DNA of 64,000 nucleotides from a virus: IMG/VR virus record IMGVR_UViG_3300043331_000919, positions 15,507 to 79,506 of that record; one strand, 5' to 3'. Shown piece by piece: positions 57,200 to 64,000 of this stretch (position 1 is its first letter; each line of letters starts with the position of its first letter). The notes under the pieces were generated by a model. It saw only the letters and a program-made list of their open reading frames with translations, ran no database searches and was not told where the DNA came from. The position numbers and the translations under genes were made by a program.

Positions 57200-57419
57200 C
57201 GATCAGGTGCGGATCTGCGCGTACTGCGAGCAGCCCATCGTCCACGACCTGATCCGCGGCTGGCTGGTGCACCTCGGGGACTTCCGCCCCTCCAACGGCA
57301 TCGGGCGGATGTCGCGCTACTCGTCGCGATGCCGAGCTCGCGCCGGCCAGCGACTTCGACCGCACCAGCCCCTCGATCTTCGAGATCGGGTCACCGTGGA
57401 GGCGTGGCTCGACGCCTGA
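57192..57419 (+). CDS. Zinc-finger protein, C-terminal tag (DLRDRVTVEAWLDA)
   Basis: CAYCEQPI...C...H. Confidence 0.65.
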   Translation: MRDDQVRICAYCEQPIVHDLIRGWLVHLGDFRPSNGIGRMSRYSSRCRARAGQRLRPHQPLDLRDRVTVEAWLDA

Positions 57420-57436
57420 GGGCCGAAGTACCGTCC

Positions 57437-57748
57437 ATGGGTACATGGGTCGCGTCGGGGCAGATCGAGATCCCTGAAGATCACGTCGTTCACGGCGGGG
57501 GCTACTTCTGCTGGTTTGTGGCCTTCGCGCCAGACAACTTCGCTGCCGTCTGGGTTCGAGAGATCGACGGCGACCCCGCTGACACGGCTCAGCTGTGGGC
57601 GCGACCAATGCAGGTCGACGGGGCCGAGTTGGTGTCCGCGGGAGACCCGGTGATGCTGCTGGAGGCCCAGGAGCTTCTGGGCGCCCGCTTTCACATCTAC
57701 GTCACCCCCGACGGAATGCTCGTCAACATCGACCACGACGTCTCCTAG
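57437..57748 (+). CDS. Hypothetical protein
   Basis: ATG 6 nt after CCGAAGTA. Confidence 0.55.
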   Translation: MGTWVASGQIEIPEDHVVHGGGYFCWFVAFAPDNFAAVWVREIDGDPADTAQLWARPMQVDGAELVSAGDPVMLLEAQELLGARFHIYVTPDGMLVNIDHDVS

Positions 57749-57758
57749 GCGGCTCCAG

Positions 57759-58556
57759 ATGTTCACTGTCACCATCAACTCGGACCTCACCTTCGGCTGG
57801 TCAGAAGGGGATGCATTCGGCGGCGGCAACCAGTACATCCCCATGAACGACGGCTTCGTCTATCAGCGCTATGGAAACGGGGCCCTGCAGGTTGAGCAGA
57901 TCAAGCGCGTCGGTACGCTCGCCGAGCTGGATGCCACGCCGACCTTGATTGCCGAGCGCAGCTACGCGGTCGATTTCTTCACTCACGACGAGTACCTGGC
58001 CCAGTCGGGCGATCATTTGCATGCGGTGCGCTGGGGGGATAACGGCGACTGGAAGGTCGACGTGACCGATGGCACCTGGGAGCTCACCGGCCCCGTGCCG
58101 TCGGAGCAGTGGGTTCCCTTCGTGGACAATCGCACTGATCCTTCGATTGTGGCCTTCAACCCTCCCGAAGACCTGATTGAGCGGTTCGGTGGCACTGTGA
58201 TCGTGCCCTGGACTTCCGGACTGGAGAGCCGACGAGTGGCCAGCCCGTACGGCATCGTCGCGATCGACTCGGCCTCGCTGGAGGCTAGTGACTGGGAGAC
58301 CTGCAAGGTCGCCTACGTCACCGCCGACGAGACCATCCTCTCTGACTTCCTGCTCCCCATCTACGAGATCAACTGGGCGTCATGGGTGCCAGTGAGCGAG
58401 GGTGCGATCGGGGTCGTCGCGACCGGCGTCTCCGAGGTCTACGACGACGTGGCTGGGGGCTATGTTCGATCGAGCCATGCTGCGCTGTACCTCGACGCGC
58501 CGGCGCCCGTCATTGGGTATGTCGATGACGGTGTGCGCCGGATCTTCGCGCGCTGA
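57759..58556 (+). CDS. Beta-rich hypothetical protein (possibly virion-associated)
   Basis: 265 aa, acidic and aromatic-rich, weaker codon bias. Confidence 0.6.
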   Translation: MFTVTINSDLTFGWSEGDAFGGGNQYIPMNDGFVYQRYGNGALQVEQIKRVGTLAELDATPTLIAERSYAVDFFTHDEYLAQSGDHLHAVRWGDNGDWKVDVTDGTWELTGPVPSEQWVPFVDNRTDPSIVAFNPPEDLIERFGGTVIVPWTSGLESRRVASPYGIVAIDSASLEASDWETCKVAYVTADETILSDFLLPIYEINWASWVPVSEGAIGVVATGVSEVYDDVAGGYVRSSHAALYLDAPAPVIGYVDDGVRRIFAR

Positions 58557-58720
58557 AACCGGTTGACGTCGGGTCGACACTGGAGGGGTGTCCGATCTGC
58601 TGCACAGCCACCTGACCTTCGGCTTCGTCGAGGGCTGTCCGGCGTGCGCCCAGACCCAGGCGGATCTGACAACGCCCGTTCCCGCCTAGAGGGTCTTGAC
58701 GGCCGGCGCATCATGGGGAG

Positions 58721-58891
58721 ATGGACGACGTTTGCATCTACTGCGAGCGGCCCATCGAGGAGGGCAGCGGCACCTGGTGGGTGCTGGGCACCTGCGCCTC
58801 GAACTGCCCGCAGAGCCGGACCGGACTCCACGAACCGCACCGGCCGGACATGAGCGACCGCGAAGCAGTGGAGAGGTGGCTGGCTTCGTGA
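58721..58891 (+). CDS. 56-aa zinc-finger protein, C-terminal tag (PDMSDREAVERWLAS); not in ORF track
   Basis: MDDVCIYCERPI...C...LHEP; GTGA overlap with the next gene. Confidence 0.65.
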   Translation: MDDVCIYCERPIEEGSGTWWVLGTCASNCPQSRTGLHEPHRPDMSDREAVERWLAS

Positions 58892-59259
58892 TCTACGTCT
58901 GCGCGCGGGGGATCGCGCAGGGCATCTCCTACTGCAACTCCGAGGGGCTGTTCCCCTTCGCAAGTCTCCCCGTTCACATGCGCTCCAGAGCCGAGTTGAG
59001 CGCCATCGTGCTCTCCGACGCTGCGATGCTGCCGTACGACTTCGAGGCGAGCGACGAGCTGCACATCCTGCCCGGATTCGACCCTGGCCACAGCGAGCGC
59101 GACCGCGCGCTCTACATCACGATCATGAGCCGGCGTACCCGACCGTTGGCACGCCTGATCGACGAGGTGCTGCCGGATCTGGGGGACTCGGATGCGGTCG
59201 ACGCCTGGCTGGAAACCGACTGGTGGTCCAGACCAGCGGCGAGTGGGGGGCGCGCGTAG
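58888..59259 (+). CDS. Hypothetical protein, tag near C-terminus (PDLGDSDAVDAWLET)
   Basis: GTGA overlap. Confidence 0.55.
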   Translation: MIYVCARGIAQGISYCNSEGLFPFASLPVHMRSRAELSAIVLSDAAMLPYDFEASDELHILPGFDPGHSERDRALYITIMSRRTRPLARLIDEVLPDLGDSDAVDAWLETDWWSRPAASGGRA

Positions 59260-59285
59260 CGCCCGGAAGCACCATCATGTAGTTC

Positions 59286-59609
59286 ATGACGACGAACGAC
59301 GCCGCCGAGTCCACTGCCGATCTGGTCAGCAGCACCGAGCTGGCCCAGCGCGCCCGGATCTCCTACCGCCAGCTCGATCACTGGACGCGGAAGGGCTACA
59401 TCCCGGGCTTCGAGCGGGACGTGCACATCGGCTCGGGCTACCTGCGTCACTACGACGAGGGCCAGGTGTCGGTCGTCATGGAGATGGCGAAGCTGGTGCA
59501 CGCCGGGATCACGGTCGAAGTCGCGAGCATGATCGCGATCGAACTCGTGGACTCCGGTAGTGCCCAGCTCGGGCCGCACTACTGGATCAGCCGCGTCGAC
59601 CAGGCATGA
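59286..59609 (+). CDS. MerR-like HTH protein
   Basis: ARISYRQLDHWTRKGYI...GSGYLRHY. Confidence 0.8.
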   Translation: MTTNDAAESTADLVSSTELAQRARISYRQLDHWTRKGYIPGFERDVHIGSGYLRHYDEGQVSVVMEMAKLVHAGITVEVASMIAIELVDSGSAQLGPHYWISRVDQA

Positions 59610-59743
59610 GGCCCTACGTCTGCGAGGCTCGGCATCCGTCGGGCCTCCAGTGCTGGCACCGCGGTGGCCGGCCGCACGAGCACCTCGCCGTGATGCCGAA
59701 CCGCAACAAGGACGTCACCACGCGGCCGACGGTGATCCGCTGG

Positions 59744-60070
59744 TCAGCTGGCGAGCCACTTCTCGACCGCGTCGCGGTCTGAGAGGTCCGGGGCCGGGTC
59801 AGCTGCCCGGCGGCCCCAGTCGTGCACGTACTCGAAGACGTGACCCCCGTCGCCCAAGGCGCTGGCCGCGATGATCTCGGCCTCGATCTGCTTGTAGTCG
59901 GCGCGCGTCTCGGCGCCCGGCAGCACGAAGATGTGGTCGCCGGTCCCGAGGATCCGCCCCCGCAGCGGGGCGCCCGGCGCGGTGGCGTAGATCCAGTCTC
60001 GGGGTCCGAAGCCCCTGGCGCGCGCGAAGTCCCTCGCTGCCTGGTGCGTCACCGCCACGATCACCTTCAT
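59744..60070 (-). CDS. Hypothetical protein, C-terminal tag (PDLSDRDAVEKWLAS)
   Basis: Probable leaderless start. Confidence 0.6.
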   Translation of the reverse strand: MKVIVAVTHQAARDFARARGFGPRDWIYATAPGAPLRGRILGTGDHIFVLPGAETRADYKQIEAEIIAASALGDGGHVFEYVHDWGRRAADPAPDLSDRDAVEKWLAS

Positions 60071-60117
60071 GAAGCCCATCATCCTGGCGTCGTCCAGACC
60101 TTTCGGGACGCGCGCCG

Positions 60118-60525
60118 TCAGTCCTCGTCGAGCCAGCGCTCGGTGCTCTCCCGGCTGCGCAGGTCGGGGTAGGGGAGCTCGGGGCCGATCGGGTGGCGGT
60201 ACATGCCGCCGGGGCGCTGGGGCCCGATGGGGTCCTCATGGTCGGCCGGCGAGAGGAAGATGAAGTCGGGGGCGAACATCGCCGGCCAGCGTGCCATGAG
60301 CGCGCCGAGCCCCGCTGGCCCGAGCCAGGAGGCGACCATCGAGGGGTCGGCGAGCGCGACGAAGCCGCCGATGGAGAGCAGCCACACTCCGGTCGCCCGG
60401 AACGCCGGCCGGACGATGCGCCAGCGCATCCGCTGCCCCCAGCCCTCGGGCATGTCGAGCAGTCGCCGCATGCGTGCGTACGACGCCAGTCCGAGCCCCG
60501 CCACGATCGGCAGGGCCGCCAGCAT
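60118..60525 (-). CDS. Membrane protein, C-terminal tag (PDLRSRESTERWLDE)
   Basis: Three hydrophobic segments. Confidence 0.6.
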   Translation of the reverse strand: MLAALPIVAGLGLASYARMRRLLDMPEGWGQRMRWRIVRPAFRATGVWLLSIGGFVALADPSMVASWLGPAGLGALMARWPAMFAPDFIFLSPADHEDPIGPQRPGGMYRHPIGPELPYPDLRSRESTERWLDED

Positions 60526-60806
60526 CAGGTGCTCGCGAGCCACCGCTCCAGCGCCTCGCGGTTGGCCGGGTCAGGCATGGGAGTCACGAGCTGCAGGTCG
60601 TCGACGTGCCAGCCGACCACGTCGTCCTCCAGCGCGACGGTCGCGAGGCTCGATCCGTCGGCCGGCAGCACCCTCACCGTGCCGATCGACCCCGCCACGC
60701 CGGCGAGCCAGCGACGCCAGTGAGGGCTGTCCATGGAGGTGCCGTTCACGTCGCCCAACACGGTCTCGGGATTGCCCCGGAGCATCACTCGATCGCCAAC
60801 CTTCAT
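60525..60806 (-). CDS. KOW/SH3-like protein, C-terminal tag (PDPANREALERWLAS)
   Basis: MKVGDRVML. Confidence 0.65.
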   Translation of the reverse strand: MKVGDRVMLRGNPETVLGDVNGTSMDSPHWRRWLAGVAGSIGTVRVLPADGSSLATVALEDDVVGWHVDDLQLVTPMPDPANREALERWLAST

Positions 60807-60913
60807 GTGCACCATGATGGCGCCGACGTCCAGACCTTTCGGAGCGGCTGGGTTGCGACAACGTCCGTTCAGGTGCGATGGGGCGCCCTTCGGCGAGGGC
60901 CGAAGTAGGAGTC

Positions 60914-61270
60914 ATGGCGGACTACAGCTTGGATCTGGTGCAGAACGAGCGCTACCGGCGCGGCTTCCGCTACCGCGTGGAAGGCGTGGCGCGTGATCTG
61001 AGCGCCTACAGCTGGGCGGGCCAGGCTCGGCAGCGAGAGAGTCGGGACGCTGAGCTCATCCTCGACCTGCAGCCCTACCTGACACTCGACCCCGCCGACC
61101 CCACGAGGCTATTGCTCGACATCCCCGCAACGGTTACTGCCAACATCGAGAGGGCGGCCCAGAAGGCTGCCTGGGACCTCACCATCTGGCCGACTGGCGC
61201 CCCGGAGGATGGGATCGTGCTCGTGCAGGGGCCGGTAACTCTCGACGCCAGTGCGACGGTGAGGCCATGA
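60914..61270 (+). CDS. Virion-associated protein (fibre adaptor-like)
   Basis: DLSAYSWAGQAR...WDL...LVQGPV pattern; upstream of fibre genes. Confidence 0.55.
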   Translation: MADYSLDLVQNERYRRGFRYRVEGVARDLSAYSWAGQARQRESRDAELILDLQPYLTLDPADPTRLLLDIPATVTANIERAAQKAAWDLTIWPTGAPEDGIVLVQGPVTLDASATVRP

Positions 61271-61464
61271 CCGCGACGGTAGAGATCCACCACGACCCCC
61301 AGGTCGTTGTGGTCGAAGTTCACCACGAGAGCACGACGGAGACCGTGGAGATCGAGGTGCCAGGCCCGGCAGGCACCCCGGGACCAGAAGGGCCACCTGG
61401 CCCACCGGGAAGCGTGGATGACCTGCCCGACATGATGTTGATCTTTGAGAATGGACTGCTCTGA
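61267..61464 (+). CDS. Small collagen-repeat protein
   Basis: [16 protein letters not shown]. Confidence 0.65.
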   Translation: MTATVEIHHDPQVVVVEVHHESTTETVEIEVPGPAGTPGPEGPPGPPGSVDDLPDMMLIFENGLL

Positions 61465-62324
61465 TGAGCCTCGCGACCAATCTGCAGAACGCTTTCACTC
61501 GGATTGCTACTGAGTTCAAGGCCATCCGTACGCTGATCAGTGGGTCAGGGACCGGCAACCTCGCTGGCCTGAACACGACCGACAAGAGCAGCCTCGTTGC
61601 GGCTATCAACGAGGCTGCTCAGGCCGGCGGCGCCTCCTCGCTCGACCAGCTGAGCGATGTCGTCGTCACCACGCCAGCGACCGGCCACGTACTGCGCCAC
61701 GACGGCACCCAGTTCGTCAACGTGCTCGGCAGCACCCACTTTCAGCCTTCCGACGCTGACCTGACGGCGATCGCCTCGCTGACCACCACCGCCTACGGGC
61801 GCGCGTTCCTGACCCTCGCGAACCAGGCCGCCCTGATGGGCCTACTCGGCGCCGCCTCCGAGACCGTGGCCGGCATCGTGGAGCTCGCCACCCCGGGCGA
61901 GGTCACCACGGGCACCGACTCCACCCGAGCCGTGACCGCGGCCGGGGTGAAGGCCGCGACCGACGCCGTGAAGGCGCAGATCCTCAACTCGGCGCCGGCA
62001 GCCCTGGACACGCTCGACGAGCTCGCTGCGGCTCTCGGTGACGACGCCAACTTCGCGTCGACCGTCACGACCTCGCTGGCCGGGAAGCAGCCACTCGACG
62101 CCGACCTCACCGCGATCGCGAACCTGACATCGGCGGCCAACAAGCTGCTGTACGCCACGGGCGCCGGCACCTGGGCTCTGGCCGACCTGACGTCGTTCGC
62201 CCGTACCCTGCTGGACGACGCCGATGCAGCCACCGCCCGCGGCACCCTCGGCGTGTACTCGACGACAGAGATCGGTGACCCGGAGACGGACTTCGTGGCG
62301 ACGTTCAACGCCGGCCTGGTCTGA
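61464..62324 (+). CDS. Tail/head fibre protein
   Basis: [57 protein letters not shown] fibre motifs. Confidence 0.85.
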   Translation: MSLATNLQNAFTRIATEFKAIRTLISGSGTGNLAGLNTTDKSSLVAAINEAAQAGGASSLDQLSDVVVTTPATGHVLRHDGTQFVNVLGSTHFQPSDADLTAIASLTTTAYGRAFLTLANQAALMGLLGAASETVAGIVELATPGEVTTGTDSTRAVTAAGVKAATDAVKAQILNSAPAALDTLDELAAALGDDANFASTVTTSLAGKQPLDADLTAIANLTSAANKLLYATGAGTWALADLTSFARTLLDDADAATARGTLGVYSTTEIGDPETDFVATFNAGLV

Positions 62325-62336
62325 GGAGGGCCCTGA

Positions 62337-64000
62337 ATGAGTCTCGCGTCGCGCGTGAGCGCATTGGCCACTCGCATTGCGCAGGAGCTGAAGCTCAAGG
62401 CCCCGATCCACTCGCCGAACTTCACCGGCACCCCCAAGGTTGGCGGCGTGGACCTCGCGTCCACGTCTGATCTGAACTACGAGAACATCGGCAGCCACTC
62501 CAATCCCTCTGAGGACTACCGCTCTAACTACCTCGGGTACAACTACGACGGCATCCCGGGTGTCTACCCCATCTGGGAGATAGCCCCCGGCGCGGCCTGG
62601 GATGGCACGAAGTTTCTTGCTGACGATGCGACGTGGAAGACCCCTCCGGGCCACCCTGACTTCACCGAGCCGCCCCCGGTCGACGTGGCTACCACGGAAG
62701 CCATTACGTTGTATGGCTACCAGAACATCGACGGAGTCGCTGTAAATACCCAGACCGGCCTCGTGCTGGTGAAGGATCAGGCGAACCCCGCTGAGAATGG
62801 CGTCTACCGGGTGACCGCGGGACTCTGGCCGCGCGAAGACTACTTCGATCCAAGGCTCCTGGCCGGTGCCTTGTTCCGCGTGCGCCGGGGGGACGTCAAC
62901 GGCGGTCAGATGTTCCGAACGACCTTCCGTTCCGTCGACACTGTGGGCGTAGACCCCATGAACTGGTACAGGCTGGCGGTCGTCGAGGAGCTGACGGCCA
63001 CGATAGACGCGCAGATGGTCGCCGCTCGCGCCAAGGGCAACGCCCTCCAGAAGCTCGGAGTGGTCATCACCGTCAGCGACTCCACCACTGCCTTCGATGG
63101 CAGGCGCGTCGAAGCCCTACAGATCATCCGAGGCATCCCCGGCGTCGACCGCCTGTGCGGCCTCTACACCGGGTACGGCGACGACGGTTCGGGGGAGGTC
63201 GCGTCAGTCGGCCTCGCCTGGTCCGACGACGGCATCACCTGGGAGAAGGCGGGCCAGGTGTTCGCGGGCTCGGGAACCCCGGGCGCCCCCGACGAGGTTG
63301 GCGTCACCGGTCCGGTCGTGGCCTACGATCCCGTCGAGTCCCTGTGGTGCATGTTCTACATCGGACTGGTGTCCATCGGCTACGAGAACCAGCCCGGCGA
63401 CAGGCTAAAGCTCTGCCTCGCCACCACCCCCGACATCCTCGCCGCCTTCGACAATCCCGCACTCTGGACCCGGCGTGGGGCTGTCATCTCGCCGACACTC
63501 GCAGCCGGCGACTGGAACGGGAAGCACATCTGGGAGCCCAACTTCGTCCGCCTGGACGACGGCACCTGGCACTGTTGGATCAACGCCTCCAGCCTCGACG
63601 ACGGAAACGAGCGCATCGGCTACTACGAGGCGGACACCCTCCTCGCCGGAGTCGGCGGGCGCCCCGCATGGTCCGAAGCCCACGGGAACAACCCGGTCAT
63701 CGACAACCCGACCGACGTCAACATCACCGCCAACCCCTTCCTCACGCGGGTCGACGGCGGCTGGCGCATGGACATCTACCAGTCCGGCCTGTACACCGGG
63801 GACTACTACCTCACAACGACCACCGACGCCTACCCGCTCGGCTGGGCCTGGGGCAACCCGACGTCGGACCCTCAGTACGGCGGCGAGCCGTACATCACCG
63901 GGGGAACCGAAGACTCCTACTACCACAAGCCCACCCGCTACTACATCGGGGGGCGCCTGTTCCAGTACGACGTGCGCGTCCGCCCCGGCAACCCGCACAA
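62337..64000 (+). CDS. Fibre/spike with glycoside-hydrolase-like beta-propeller (runs off window; not in ORF track)
   Basis: RBS GAGGAGG; KAPIHSPNFTGTP, VLVKDQANPAENGVY, then VGLAWSDDGITWEK Asp-box and WCMFYIG; no stop before 64000. Confidence 0.75.
   Translation, partial: MSLASRVSALATRIAQELKLKAPIHSPNFTGTPKVGGVDLASTSDLNYENIGSHSNPSEDYRSNYLGYNYDGIPGVYPIWEIAPGAAWDGTKFLADDATWKTPPGHPDFTEPPPVDVATTEAITLYGYQNIDGVAVNTQTGLVLVKDQANPAENGVYRVTAGLWPREDYFDPRLLAGALFRVRRGDVNGGQMFRTTFRSVDTVGVDPMNWYRLAVVEELTATIDAQMVAARAKGNALQKLGVVITVSDSTTAFDGRRVEALQIIRGIPGVDRLCGLYTGYGDDGSGEVASVGLAWSDDGITWEKAGQVFAGSGTPGAPDEVGVTGPVVAYDPVESLWCMFYIGLVSIGYENQPGDRLKLCLATTPDILAAFDNPALWTRRGAVISPTLAAGDWNGKHIWEPNFVRLDDGTWHCWINASSLDDGNERIGYYEADTLLAGVGGRPAWSEAHGNNPVIDNPTDVNITANPFLTRVDGGWRMDIYQSGLYTGDYYLTTTTDAYPLGWAWGNPTSDPQYGGEPYITGGTEDSYYHKPTRYYIGGRLFQYDVRVRPGNPH

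Noticed and set aside
16455-60806. Tag as a pure by-product of Shine-Dalgarno/start overlap
   Set aside because: This explains E-E-x-L-D in some copies, but not the upstream PDL(S/T)xR part, the W/F, the synonymous variation, the N-terminal and internal copies, or copies with no coupled downstream gene (57419, 59744, 60118).
1565-60869. AACG-NN-CGTT sites as ordinary host SOS boxes
   Set aside because: Most lack the TCG/CGA flanks and many have CAAC or GTTG; only 22687 and 55320 match the LexA consensus.

Overview
The window is most of a high-GC (about 70% by eye) actinobacterial siphophage genome. No capsid, terminase, endolysin, integrase or DNA polymerase gene was recognised inside it. 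Layout: tail and lysis genes (1-14.7 kb, +); DNA metabolism and regulators (15-26.8 kb, +: Cas4-like nuclease, two PAPS-reductase-family enzymes, AAA ATPase, SSB-like protein, primase-helicase, two WhiB, HTH); a long leftward accessory arm (26.8-55.1 kb: HicA-like, RuvB-like, RNAP alpha-CTD-like, VWA plus MoxR/RavA AAA, ligase plus Ku, C5 methyltransferase, many small ORFs); a compositionally odd segment with repeats and host-regulator boxes (52.9-55.4 kb); small-gene operons (56-60.8 kb); and fibre-like genes (60.9-64 kb, truncated). The main finding is a shared ~14-aa peptide tag, P-D-[LM]-[ST]-[DNST]-R-x-[AG]-[VAL]-E-x-[WF]-L-[DEA], on about 28 otherwise unrelated non-structural proteins, suggesting a common docking or sorting system. 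Also notable: at least 39 dispersed copies of the palindrome AACG-NN-CGTT, DasR-like and LexA-like boxes, and two non-canonical tRNA-like elements. All product calls come from motif recognition by eye, not database searches.
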